Of a stretch of DNA of 64,000 nucleotides, positions 1 through 12,541 are shown in pieces; the stretch's first letter is position 1, and each line of letters starts with the position of its first letter. Source of the stretch: Lophium mytilinum (Eukaryota); the NCBI GenBank assembly GCA_010093605.1, contig MU004198.1:1366726-1430725 (forward strand), given 5' to 3'. The translations under genes and the position numbers were made by a program. The notes beneath the pieces are model-generated. The model was not told the origin of the DNA. It searched no databases and worked only from the letters and a program-made list of their open reading frames with translations.

Positions 1-677
1 CTTGATTGGATCATATCCCGCTACGTCGCGGGGCGTCACAGTTTGGAAGCTGGGACAAGATCAGTCTTTGCAAAGGATAGGCATAGTAGAGAATAGTCAA
101 CGCACCGCTCGGGTGGAGACGCGCTTGGATACTGCAGCTCCACGACAAACCTGTCTTCTTCCCCTGCCTCGGTCTTGAATGCCGCGTTGTACTCCTTCCC
201 ATGCTCACCGGCAGTCATATCCAACCCGTGCATCATATCCAACTTTTCCCCCTTATTCCCTTCATCCCGTATCCTTCTCTTCATATCCGGTTCTAGCATG
301 CGCCTTGAGTCCGGCTCAATCGAGCTGCTCGTCTTGTGTCTCTTCCTCGATCCGTTTGCACTGTCCTCTTCAGATTCGTCGCTGGACGCAAACTGCGGTA
401 GGGGCGTCGAAGACTTGCGCTTATGACTCGGATGTCGTACGGCGAGGAAGTCCGACTTCTGAGAAGTTTTCGTGGGTGGCGCATGGCCATTTGAATAGCC
501 ATTATGCGCCTTTTGGTGCGCCTTCTCCGCCTTCCTGTGAGCCTGGGTAAAAGAGGCAGGGGATTTGGAGGTAGGTTTCGGGTTATGCGCTGGTTGAGGG
601 GGTTTTGGTAGGTCCTTCTGCTCCTTAACCCTCGTGATGGTGCGGATTCGGGGTTCTTTTTTCTTGTTGCTGAACAT
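1..677 (-). CDS. DOT1: Histone H3-K79 methyltransferase Dot1, 5' part (runs off the window start)
   Basis: ATG at 677. A basic, low-complexity N-terminus leads into VELQYPSASPPER. Intron 50-105 (GTGCGT..CAG) splices to FQTVTPRDVAGYDPIK, resembling the segment before the fungal Dot1 catalytic domain. The catalytic domain is outside the window. Confidence 0.7.
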
Positions 678-1125
678 GCTGACTGAGGGTGTGGCGCTGG
701 GCCGTAGTATGTATGTCGTATTGTAAAGCATATAGTGTAGCGGTCTAAGTAAGTGCGTAGAGAGTCCTGTAGTGTTAAGGATAGAAAGGTGGAGAGACGG
801 CAGAGAGAGGTGCGAGACTCGAGGCCAGAAAGAGGCTCCACATTAAAACCGCGTGCTGGCGTAAGGCACATTCGCGCAGGCACCAGCCCGCCACCCTGGA
901 AGCCGCGATCGCTGCGGGCGGGATCCTAAGGTTGCAGCAGCGCGCCTTGGCACTAGCATAAACCCATCGCATCACAACATCACTTTATTATAGAAATGCA
1001 GGCAACACATGTACCCGTTGCCTCCTACAGAGCAACTTAGTCTACATTAATGAATCCTCTAGGATATCTGTCAAGAATCCTAATAGGTGGTAGAAGCCCC
1101 AGGTTAATATTAGACAGTACAGAAA

Positions 1126-1160
1126 TATATATATATAGAATATATATATATATATATATA
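1126..1160. repeat. Interrupted (TA)n microsatellite in an AT-rich intergenic patch
   Basis: atatatatatatagaatatatatatatatatatata seen directly. Confidence 0.9.
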
Positions 1161-1699
1161 GGCGCAAAGCAAAGGAGAAATGCACAAATAACCCAAGTCT
1201 AGCTTAAAGTGGTAGGCTTCAACCACAGATACCTAGAATCGAGAGTTGTACGCAAGTGCCTGTCATCACCAAGCGGGAGCTGTGCACAGCTTAGTATTAT
1301 CTAGGCAAATCCTGCTTGCTGCGAAAGAGACTACTTACACCTTTGCGTAATAAGTACATCTGCCTGGAGATGATTCGACAGATCACGTTGGTTACACGGA
1401 ACATCACAAGACATGAAAATCTGTAAGCAAAAGGTTTAGAACTACAACGATCGAATCTATCGTACAACCAGCTTCAATCTCCACTCAGTCAACCTCCTCC
1501 CATTACTTTTCATCGTCCAAGACGTGTACTGCGCAAGCTCGAAAAGTGGTATCATGACAAAAGAAAATCTCCTCTACTAAGGAGATGTAGCCGACGCTAG
1601 CAGATACTGTTTCCGTCATGACGAAGAAAAGAAACCGTAACGTCCATCACGATCAATGCGGATTTGGCAAAATCGTGGTAGCTCTGGGGTATCAATGAT

Positions 1700-4562
1700 C
1701 TAGACGGAGCCCTGGAGGACCGGGTTCTGCTTTCCCATAGTGGTGTTGTAGGTGCCGGAAGATGGGAGAGCACCATTCTGGCCTCCATTGGTAGCACCGG
1801 TGTTGAAAGCGTTGTCAAGCTGGCCGCTGAACCCGTTGGAGTTCTCGTAGCCGACATTGTCGCTGGTGCGGTTCTGGGTGAGGTCGCCAGTGCGAGGCTG
1901 GTCATAGCCGCCAGCACCAAGTCCAGCGCCGGCACCAATCCCTGCACCGGTTCCAGCGCCGATTCCAGAGCCACTTCCAGTGCCGCCACCTCGCTTCCTG
2001 GTGGCATTTCCAGTCTTGGGAAGGTTGCTAGTCTCTTTGGCAGCGCCGATGCTGAAGACAGGCGACTCCCACTTGTCACCCTTGCGGGCGAGCTGCTTGA
2101 ACTCCGTAGCCTTGGTAGAAATACCGCCAGGAAGGGCGATGTTCTGGAACATTGAATCTTCCTTGGTGACTGCAACATTGACGTGCTTATCGGCGGTCTT
2201 GGCTGCAACCTCCTCCTTCTTCTGCTTGCCTTGGAGGATCTTCTTGTTGGCAGCGGCCACGTAGCGCTGGTAGATATTTTGAATGTTCTCCGGGTCGGGG
2301 TTGCGCTTCGCTTCGGCAGCGGCAGCGTCAGCCTCGCTCTTGACACCATAGAGGATGCCATCAAGCTGGTGGATATTGTCCTTGATCTGCTTTTCGAGAA
2401 CCTTCTGGATGACGGGGCGCATGACCTTGAGGAGGAGCGGCTTGAAAAGAGCAAAGAGGAGCTTATGCTTCGATTGCTTGAGCTTGATGTTGAGGTTGTT
2501 AACCTCAACGGCGACCTTGTTGACTTTGAAGAAGTGTTGGTTGTCGGACTTGTCAGCGGTCTCCATATCAACCTTGAAACTGAAGCCATTGCCGCCCATG
2601 AAGACATCGCAGACGCCGGTGTCGGTAACGGATGGGAAACCCTGCTTCTTCTTCACGTAGTAAGAGACATCTTTGAGATCCATCTGGATGCCAGAAACGG
2701 ACAGCATAACCTTGTTCTTGTTCTTGTTAGAGATCTTCTTGCGGCCCCAGCGCCAATAGTTGTCGCTGCCCAGCTCGAGGACGTTGGGGGCGAGGTTGTC
2801 ACCCTCAATGACCAAGTTCTCGACGATGGCATCCATCATGGGGTCGGAGTACTCAATGCGGGGGATAGGAACATAACGAATATTCTCGAAGATGGCAGGG
2901 ACAATGACCTCAGTCAAATCCTTGATAAGATGCGGCTTAAAGGTAGGCTTGCCGTTCTCATCGTTACCAAGGTGCTGGAACAGGTTTTGGAGGCTGTTGG
3001 ACAAGGCCTTGTTCTGCGGGTCGTTGTCGAATTCTTGGCCGAAGTACTTGAACTCGTCGACGATGCGGTCGGTGTGGCCGCGATAGCGCTCGCGAAGGAG
3101 GAAGTGGCCATGGTCGTAGAGCTCGTTCCACTCATCAGTGGACCGATCTTCCATGATATAACCCTGTTGCTTCAAGCATTTTCGGATGTAAGCGTCGATC
3201 TGCTTGAACCAGTTTTTGAGCTCGGGGTCCCTCTCGGCATCACGATAGATCTGGTTGATGGAGTCGAAAAGATCATCGGAGGATGTGTTGTTCGCAAAGC
3301 GTTCGATGAGGGTCTTGAATTCAGTCAGCATTGACTGGTTATCATTCACAAAGCCTAGAGAAATACCTTCAAGTCAGCCTCAGCCAGTTGTAAGCTGTCA
3401 TCAGTATGGGCACCTTTGACGGTTCCTTTCCCTTGTTGAGCAAGGTTCTTGGAGTGACCAGTGTACTCTTCAGCTAGACCAAGAAGAGTATCAACGGCAC
3501 GGAGATCTAGATATCGGTCAGATGTTGCACTTATTTCGACAGCCATTTCCACTCACAATCCTGGTGACCTTGAATCTCCACGACCATCTTCTTCAGGCGC
3601 CAGATCGTCTGGTCGCGACGCTCCTTCGGCATCTTGTTGCTGAGATAGTTGTTGGCGCGCTCACGCTGTTCGCGCAACTTGTCCTTCTTCTCATCAGGAA
3701 TGTTCTCAGATGCCTTGTTCCTTAGCTCGCCGGCGGCAGCGTTGGCGTTCAGACCAGTAGAGCCTCCGTTCTCAGCCTCATTCTGGGCGAGGCCAGCCAC
3801 ATCATTGGGATCGCGGGATCCGTCAGGATGGGCAGCCTGAGTGACGTCACCAGCAGCTTTTTGGGCATCGCCCTTACTGAATGGGGTCCTGGACTTGACC
3901 TGGCTGGTGAGGTTGCCCCTGGACATATCCGGAACATCGTGCCAAGTGTTGTCGGCGGCGGGACGGTCAATTTGGGCAAGCTGGTCTTCGCTGGGGTTCA
4001 CATTGTTGGCGGCCTTTTGTGCGGCATCGCCAGCAATGTCTCGGAGAAGGACCGTGGCGTCGCTCACTAGACTGAGTTAGCTGGTGAAAAGTCTTGCAAG
4101 GATTTGATTGTGCGTACAAAGCTTCCGGAACTGTCCGTTGGAGATGATGAGCGTGCCGAGTGTGCGCAGACCCTCAAGCGCCTCGTTGCCGTGCTGTTTC
4201 GCAGTCTCCTTGTCGACGGGTGCGCCAGGCACAGCGGCATTACCGCCGCTTAGTTGCTGGGTTTGCCAGATGAAATCTTGGAGGAGGTTGCCGTCGTTCT
4301 TGGTGAGGAGCAGGATCTTGGCCTTCTCAATGACGTCCCGTAGATCGCCAACCAGCTGTTGACCTTCTGGGGAAAGCTTTTTCGATGGAGCTGCGAGCGA
4401 CGAGTGTGCGAGGGCGCTGTTCATGGCAACGTCGATTTGCTTGTTTGATGGAACCTTGCCATTGGCGAAGGCGGAGTAGATGCCGTAGAGCTGGAGCTTG
4501 GTGTTGACATCCTTCTCCTTCTGCTGCACGTTCGTGGGAACGTTGACGGCCTTGGACGCCAT
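1700..4562 (-). CDS. Conserved fungal HAM1-like/DUF4449 (BPI/TULIP-like) protein, 4 exons
   Basis: Three introns join the ORFs in frame: 4067-4117, 3507-3556 and 3314-3366 (AAG acceptor). Motifs KLQLYGIYSAFANGKVPSNKQID and YVPIPRIEYSD; Gly-rich tail. Confidence 0.85.
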
Positions 4563-6971
4563 GATGGAGCAATGCGAAGTAGTGTGGTGTGGTAATAGTG
4601 TAGGGGGTGCGTATCTGATATTAGGCTACTACTGGGGTATCAAAAAACGGAAACGCAAAAAGTAGTGATGGTGTGTGTGAGGGAGGAAGGAATGCTCTGC
4701 TGGCGGCGGGCGCACGCTTTATTGTGACGGAAGGGCGGCGTTGTCACGCATGCCAGGCCATTTAGTTGGTGAGCGCCACAGCACAACAACGAGGACGTCA
4801 TTTGGACCTCAGCATCGGCTGGCCACAGCGTCTCCTCTCCATCTCCCCACCCACAACCAAGGTCGCGGCGTCCGCGTCAGGCTAGACGCCTTGGATGCGA
4901 CGACGCGCCTTTGACGTCGGCACGACACAGGCTGCTTGGCCCCAGTCCCGCTGCCTCAAGGGGGCCGGATCAACAGCGCCAGCTCTAGACCGCCCGCATC
5001 GAGCAGCACCTTGCCAAACTGGTGAATTGCCCCTGGAGGCATGACGCGTGCGACGTGGAGAGACGATAGACCAGCTTGCGAGACGAGCTTCGACGTTCCC
5101 GATGCTCGAGAGGATCTCCCGCAGGGGACCCCAAGCACTCCAGACGTCATCATTGTTCGAGCCGCACGCCAATTTCCCACCATGAACTTGCAGCCAGCAA
5201 TCGACAGCGCCTCCAGTAGCACCGCGTCTAGACAGCCGTTTCCGTGCTCCAGCATCCTCCCGGGTCTACATAACAGCAGCAATACCTGCAGCGGCATCAA
5301 TTAAAGGAGGCCTGCAGACCAGGAGTCCTTGTTTGCTCCGCGGCAAGCCAGTCCCACCCGCTAGGACGCCTATCGGCCAATGGCTTGCCCAGGAATCCGC
5401 ATCATGCATCGACATCGACGGCCAGGATTCGCCTGCTCTCTGATGACGCTGCCAGACCAGCCCCTTGTCGACGACTCGGAATAATCTCCTTTTATAGAGG
5501 ACACTGTTCACTGGAGCTCGCTGATGCTTTTCCGCTCTCTTGCTACCAGAAGGCGCGAACCCGGCTACGATTGACCACGTTTACGGGGCTCGAAGCTGTA
5601 TGTGCCGCCTAGATGCATCAGAAATTGATGCCACAGGTATAAACAGCTTGATTGAAGCTCTGGACACGTCCAGACGATCAGATAACGCACCGAGTTCTCG
5701 AGCCACAACACCAAACGCCACACGAGCCAAGGTCGACTGCCAAAGTCGCCACTTCTCTCGCGTCTTCCGCCGAAAACACGAGAAAGCACAGAGCCTGCCT
5801 CTGATTCTGCAGGCTGTCACATGGTTTGCCATCTTTCACTCCAAGCACCGGTCCACTCCAATCACCGCTAACCACGATCCGTCTGATGTGGCGTTCCTCA
5901 ATCTCATCGATCCCTCAAATCAAGTTTCCCATGCCGCTCGAGTCATGCCTGTTTGCCAAATTGCATCCTGGCTCGCGTGATATGCATCAGTTCACGCCAT
6001 GGCCCCATATATTTCCTTTTAATTTCTTTTGGGCATGCACGGCGCGCGATAACCACCAGCCTTGGACGGCTCTTGTGCATACGCGCACATGTTAGACATG
6101 CACTACAGACTGCTAGCCGACCTGTCAAATATGTAACTAGGGAATTTACCCCAGACAAGCCCGGCGCCACGGGGACGGAAGTATGTAGGTCCTTAGCTTA
6201 TGTTACTTTCCCACGAGCTTGTAGGTCGAACATCCTCATTCACTTTGCTTCATATGAAACCTCCACATAGTCAATCCTCTAACTTATCTGCTGCGCCAAA
6301 ATTGACTTTCGTTTAGTCAACTGGTTAGTTAGCAGTGGTAAATAAGTAAGTATAGGCAAGTAGGGCTGTATAATAGTCATTGCACGGTATGGCAAGAATT
6401 CATGTCAAGTTCTATCACCAATTTCGTCTCCTCACCTAAGCTCGCTCACTCTTACGTTGACCTCGCCTTTCCCACAATGTTCCTATCAATATCAATGCTT
6501 TCTTAGTCTCCCGTTCTCGAACTCAGGCATCTCCTTACAGGCTCACCAACGACACGGAAAAGGGCATTCTCCTAAAATGATTCGACTCGGTAACGTGGAT
6601 TACGGCCAGGTAATACAGGCAACTGAATGAGGCCACGAATAGACTCGTCCAAGCTGCAAACTCTTGCCAGTACGCTAGCTTCATAGCGTCTAGTCTGGCT
6701 ACGGTCGTAGTGCCGGCAGCTCCCAAATTGGTAAGAGAGAGCGTAAACGCCACAGACGGCCGTGACAGAAACCGGACGCAGCTTTTCTCATTATACCATC
6801 TGCAAAGGCTGAATTACAATGTATTTTATTTCAGAGTCCTTGCCTCGCTAACACGCCGAATTCCAAAACACGCAGATTAAACGACCAACCCACATCTCTT
6901 CCATTGTCAGTTCGGACAGCGTCATTTACTTGTAGGGCTCGAGGCAAGCAGTAAGCCATACTACCTACCAC

Positions 6972-7855
6972 CTAGCTCGTACGCTGAGCCTGTCCCTGTC
7001 CCGGCGCATTCGGATCCCCCTGCCTGAGAATCTTCACGGAGAACTCAACCGAGAACGTGCCTGTCGGGATACTCATCCTCCGCCAGAACTTGCTGCGGTA
7101 AGCCAGTACCAGCCTCAGCACCGCGAGGACGAGACTCGTCACCCTATATCTCTCGTCAGCACTCCATCCCTATCCCAGTCTCTCCAAGCAAAGAGTAAAA
7201 ATCAACGAAAAGAGAAGGCGGTCACTCACCCAAGCACCAACCCCAAACTCATCACTACCTCCTGCAGCACCGTCACCCGGTACGCATACCGGTAGCAGCC
7301 CGGTTCCACGGGGAGCGGCTGCTCATGCCCGGGATCCCCGATCTTAGGTGGCGGGTACCAGCTCTTGTAGCAGTCGCCTTGGAGTCCATCAGCGATGCCG
7401 TTGGCGCTGACGGCGATGAGGTAGAATGCTAGCACGAGGTCCGCGATGAGGTTGAGGAGGAGCGGCAGGTAAAGGCGCGAGAAGCGGAGGCGGAGGAGGT
7501 TGCCGGTGGCGAAGATGGCGGCGGCGATGGACTGGGGTGGGTGTTAGTTGGGGAGGGGGATGGGATGGGATGGCGTGCGTACCAAGCCGAGAAGAGCGGA
7601 GGCGTCGTCACGGATGCCCCAGCTGTAGTGGTAGTCTATGGGCTCGTGGTCCCAGAGTACTTTGAGGGCGATGAGGAAGGGCCAGGTGGTTGCGGCGAGG
7701 GCGAGGGACAGCCATGTCAAGCCGAGGATGGGCTTTCCAAGCTGGGGGCGTGGTGTTGGTGGAGGCTCGGAGGAGGGGTCTGAGGAGCCCAGGAGAGGGG
7801 CTTCTTCGGAGGTGGTTTCGGGGGCGGGGAGGGATTCGGAGTATGGACTCGCCAT
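6972..7855 (-). CDS. Hypothetical membrane protein (~4 hydrophobic segments), 3 exons
   Basis: ATG 7855 (EEAPLL dileucine-like motif). Introns ~7533-7581 (GTACGC..CTAAC..CAG) and ~7144-7229 (GTGAGT..CTGAC..TAG) give a continuous frame ending ...GQAQRTS* at 6972. Confidence 0.7.
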
Positions 7856-8570
7856 TGCGAAAGATTGGGACGGTTTGAATTATTCAAGAAGATGGGAAAG
7901 ATGGAGATGGATTGTGCAAAAGTATAGAGAGGGGGCCTGTAGTAGGTTATAGGAGTAGTATACTTTCCCAACAATCCAAGTCACGCTCTTTTAGACGTTA
8001 TAGTGTAGCCACCTAAAGCTACTTCGACAGTGCCTGAAACAAAGGAGTTTTCAGGTTCTAGAAAAGACGGCAGCCTAGCAGCTCTTTAAATCCTCCGATT
8101 CGGAATCGTGTTGGTACTCCGCCTGCTGCCTGGGCTGTGCAGGGCTGTGAGACACCAAGCCACGAAGGATTTTCGCTTAGATGATCGGCGGACAAACTGC
8201 GAGTATCGCAGGTTTCTGTGAATAGTATTACTTGAAGCGTTCTCGTATGTTAGAGCAGGTTTTTTGTGGTGGTGTTGCAGGTGGGGACGTGGGTGCGGGA
8301 AGTGGCTGAGTTTATGTCTTAGTGCTGTAGAATAATTCGGGGATACTGATCACCGCAGAAGTATGCCTTGTCAGATATGATTGGGGTTCCTGATTGGTAG
8401 ATTGAGTAGTGTAACTTTCCCCGGATCATCCTCCGGTGGGGGCCACATTAACTGATCCTCGTGACGTTCATCACTCATTGATATAACGAAAGTAACACGC
8501 CACAACGCGTTCTTCTTTCCAAAAAAAATAAGGGGAAGGCATAACAAGACCGTCCATATCTAATCCTCAT

Positions 8571-8919
8571 TCAACGGAACATCTCAAGTATTTTCCGTGT
8601 ATAACCGTCCCAGCAAGAGTCTACTCTCTCAAAATCCGTCCAGGCTCCATCACAGTCAGGGCCGGCAAACACGCGCGCTAGCAGATATCAGTCTCCGCTT
8701 TCAATATGCGTGCTCTGGATATACACACTGCGAAATCCAACGTTGAGTCTGGAGTCATTGTCCTCAATCACAACTGTAAGGCATACAGCCCGCTGAGGCG
8801 TCCCGCATCTGGAGGGGTGCATCTAATGCCGAATCCCCGGGAGGGTAGGGCAGCGCAGCGGCTAAGCCAGCTGCGATGGTAGAGAGACGAAGGAGAGTCT
8901 TCAAAAAGGACGCCAGCAT
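8571..8919 (-). CDS. Possible small secreted protein, 2 exons (not in the ORF track)
   Basis: MLASFLKTLLRLSTIAAGLAAALP looks like a signal peptide. A GTATGC donor (~8786) and CTGAT..TAG acceptor (~8678) give SRVFAGPDCDGAWTDFERVDSCWDG... Confidence 0.35.
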
Positions 8920-10607
8920 TGCGGGAACTTGAGCAGGATTCGTGATTGAAGTTTTTGAGATTGTAATGGTCTGTAGATTCAGACGATGAGCAGCAAGCGC
9001 TGGGGTTTGAGTACTCTGGTATTGCCAAGTAAGGTTGGTATCGTTGTCGGGTGAATTGTTTGTGCCACGCTGCGTAAGCGCATTGCATTGATGGCTTGCA
9101 TTATGAGAGAGTATGTTGGAGGATGCTTTTGCTGTTATTCACTGGCACTATGCTGGACAGTATCACAGGACAACGTAGGAGAGATGTATGCCCCCAATTC
9201 TTCGGTTCTTTTTAGCTAATCCTAGTCATCAATCCGCTCACTTTCTTCCCCCTTTCGTACTTCAAGTCCCACTGTGAGATCACACCAGCGTGGAGTAAGC
9301 TTGAAAGCAACCAGATTGACCATGGCTCATAGTCGTGATCGAAGGATTCGTCTTAGGCTTCTCGTGCAATTCTCAATCACTTGTATTTACAGCCTTCCGG
9401 TGAAAGCCTTATGCAGTGGCGTGAAGTATGCGACCTACTCAGAGGACAGTCCTATCGCAACATTCCACGACCCCTCGAGTGTCACTCACAGGAACTTACG
9501 GCCCGACGATGTCTAAACCGTCGGCGATCGCGTTTCCCTAGTGCTGTACCAAAGCTGTACCAGCACATGTAATTGGTTTTTACGTGTCCCGGCCAAGGTA
9601 GCCAAGGCTTTGGGCTCGACACGAAACTCGGGTTCCGTACGCTGGCTAGAATGTTACGTGAAGTTCAAGCACCACTTCATCCCGAGAGCGGGGTGCAGAC
9701 GAATTCTTCAAGAATGCGCTAGAGAATAAGGATGAGTGGCCTAGTATAGGGAATCCAAAGAGTGAAGGGACGCGGTAAAGGAAGTAGCAGTAACATCTTA
9801 AGCTAGCTGACGCCTGCTCGAACGGTCTTAGATTTCCATAACGTCGTTGAGGTCTGGGCTTGGAAACGGCACTTCGTCCCTATTAGCCCGCGAACAGTGA
9901 AGGCTGACTATGTCACACTTCGACCCCGCAACTAGGACATGATTGAAAGAGTACAACAGCTGCTTGGAGACCACGGTTGGCATGAGTTGAAGTAATATAG
10001 GGAAGAAGAGTGTTTGCTGGCAAATCGAAAGGCACTAGATGAGCAGACTGTTCGGGAGTCCGAGTAGTACGAAGGAGGTCAGGAAAGAATTTATTGACGG
10101 GGTGATGCCATTCTCAAGCGCCGTAAGCTCATAAGAGTTTATATGTAGAAAGGAAGGTGATGTAAAAGTCGTAGTTGCCATGCAGGACACGTCTGCCAGT
10201 AAAGGGGTTGCTGACACTTGGGTCAGTAGTCAGCTTTGTCACACTAGACTTGGACTGGAACCTACCTGTCGTCTCACACGCTTTTGCCTTACAGAATCTA
10301 AGCACTCCTTAGTAGTACAGTGGCTTACCAAAGTCTAGGCACCCTTGTTTACCACCGTCAGAGGTGTCTCGTTACCTTTTGAAAGTGTCGAGGAGACGTC
10401 AAGTCCCGGGACCTTGAATTAGAGGTCTGGCAGTCAGCTTACTTGCCACTGTTTGTGGTGCCTCAGCACCTCATCATATATCGGTACGAAACGGAAAGAT
10501 AGCCTGTCTATACTTCTGTCCTAATACTGTACTGATGCCTTCTAAAGGTAGTTTCGTTAGCCTTGTCCCCGTGCTATTGAATTCTCTTTCTCGGCGTAGC
10601 CCCCACT

Positions 10608-12023
10608 CTATACTCTCTTCCACCGCCCATCCGCCACCTCCTTCCACCCCATGGCCCCATGCAGCTCCTCGCCAGCCTCCGCTATCCGTCTCCTCAACTC
10701 CACCGCACCCGCTTTATCCATCATCCAGAACTCGCCTGGCTTATTCCATTGCCGATGAAACAGAAACACCGCAACATAACCACAGCAAATTCGCCACCTC
10801 CTCAAAAAGTCCTCCGGCGGTTCATCCAGTCCAAATATCTCCTTCTCGTCCACGACGTCGTTACTCGGCTCCGCCGAGAGCTGCATAGTGAGCAACTCAA
10901 GCGTAGGGTGTTCTCTTAGCGGCTGCAGCATAACCGAAATAGTCTCGGACGTGGGGAAGACAGTGATAAACGCAACACTGCGCAGGCTACAGCAGACCCG
11001 CGCCTCCCTATTCAGCCGGTCGAGCAGCAGGTACAAGATGTTCGGGACGTCCCACTGCCACCAGTGCGTCACGCTGTTCGCGCGGTTGCCAGGGATGTAC
11101 AGCGGCAGCCAGCTGCCTTCGTTGTATGCGATGTGCGTCCAGGGGCGGGCGTGGACGAGGGCTCTGTAGTCGTGCCACGCGCGCGCACATTCGGGGTCGT
11201 GCTCCAACGGCACGCGCTGCGTCTTTCCGCGTCTGCCGTGGTTCGGAGCCCGGTCCTGGCGGAGCTCGAGATAGTGGAAGTCCTGCTCGAACTCCCACAC
11301 GGCGCCGTTGCTCGGCACCGTCAGCTCCGCCAGCTCGAGCATCGTGGTCGGCGGCGCGACGACGACGACACGAACCGGGTCGAGGACGTCGAACACCCGT
11401 GCCCATAGATCTGTGACGGCTTGGTGCAGCGCCGCCTCTGCGTTGCGGAAGGTCTTGTGCGTGTGGTCGTATTTCTTGGAGGCGACGATGACGAGACTTT
11501 CAACCTTGTCGATTAAAGGGGGATACCCAGGGCCCCTTTCCTTAGACAAGAAAGCCTGGAAATCTTCAAAGCACGAAGGAAGCTGCGGCACTCCTACCGC
11601 GGCGCTACTCTGCGCGAACCAGTGGTCGTCGTCGCGGATCCAGATGAACTCCTCCATCTCGCCAATCTCGCGGCCCTCTATGACCCGCTGGAAGCTTTTC
11701 GCGATATTTTTGCGCATTCGCGTGTAGATGTCACGCTCGTGGGCTGAGAGCGTTTTGAAAACGGGTTGCATGGCGTTGAGTGTGTCTTCATCTACGGGAA
11801 GCCAGGTGGGCGTATCATCGAGGCGAAGAACGACATGTCGAAATAGTAGAGGAGTGACGAGAGTATGAAACTGGCGGCAAGTCAGGCTGAGAGCCTTAAG
11901 GGGCGACGATGTAGCGCTTGGTAGGTCTTTGGTGGGTGTTTGGGAGAATTTTAGCACGGAGGGCGGTGGGATGTCGAGGCATGAAAATATGTGAAGGAGG
12001 AGTTCTGTAGGGAGAGCGCCCAT
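10608..12023 (-). CDS. F-box domain protein, intronless
   Basis: Long ORF with first ATG at 12023. N-terminal LPTELLLHIFSCL...LKALSLTCRQFHTLVTPLLFRHV is an F-box signature. Confidence 0.85.
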   Translation of the reverse strand: MGALPTELLLHIFSCLDIPPPSVLKFSQTPTKDLPSATSSPLKALSLTCRQFHTLVTPLLFRHVVLRLDDTPTWLPVDEDTLNAMQPVFKTLSAHERDIYTRMRKNIAKSFQRVIEGREIGEMEEFIWIRDDDHWFAQSSAAVGVPQLPSCFEDFQAFLSKERGPGYPPLIDKVESLVIVASKKYDHTHKTFRNAEAALHQAVTDLWARVFDVLDPVRVVVVAPPTTMLELAELTVPSNGAVWEFEQDFHYLELRQDRAPNHGRRGKTQRVPLEHDPECARAWHDYRALVHARPWTHIAYNEGSWLPLYIPGNRANSVTHWWQWDVPNILYLLLDRLNREARVCCSLRSVAFITVFPTSETISVMLQPLREHPTLELLTMQLSAEPSNDVVDEKEIFGLDEPPEDFLRRWRICCGYVAVFLFHRQWNKPGEFWMMDKAGAVELRRRIAEAGEELHGAMGWKEVADGRWKRV

Positions 12024-12290
12024 GGCGGATGGGAGATTTGAATTGGGCACAGAAGGAAAGAGTTAGAGGTTCTGTTGGGAAAGATAGTGCGCTCGGAGGT
12101 ATGAGAAAGACGGGGAATAGGAATTTTAGGTCAACGCGAAACGGAAGTCGTCTAAGGCCTATTCTACAACCTGACTACATCCGACATGAGAGAGTTTAAT
12201 TGGCCGCTGAAAAACAATGAAAGTGAAAGACTAGGAAACGTGCAGAAGTTATGTGGCGGTTGGAGGTGAGGGATGAGTCGACGACCTGAG

Positions 12291-12541
12291 ATGACCACGC
12301 TATGCAGGGAAAAAGTGGCACTTCCAAGCACTCTGTCTCGTGTGCTTTGTATTTTTGGAGATAGAACACACTGGTTTGCCATTGATCGAAGCACTTTAAT
12401 AAGTTTCCATGTAGCCCAAAGCTAAAGATTTATATCTTGTTTATATTTTCAAAGATGCATTGAAGCGCCCCGAGCAGTGCCAAACATAGGCGCACCCCTG
12501 TGTAGAATAGAGTGCCACATTTTTCATGCCCTGCGTGGCAT
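12291..12541. mobile_element. Degenerate MITE-like element (~250 bp)
   Basis: Imperfect ~30-nt inverted repeats, atgaccacgctatgcagggaaaaagtggcact (12291-12322) and agtgccacatttttcatgccctgcgtggcat (12511-12541), around an AT-rich interior. No clear target-site duplication. Confidence 0.4.

Noticed and set aside
970..1380. AT/TpA-rich patch as a RIP-mutated transposon
   Set aside because: No convincing terminal repeats or coding remnant could be identified by eye.
2183..3334. 383-aa plus-strand ORF, and similar long antisense or alternative-frame ORFs (1597-2607, 15907-16710, 25641-26291, 44034-44741)
   Set aside because: These are shadows of codon-biased real genes on the opposite strand or frame, with no motifs of their own.
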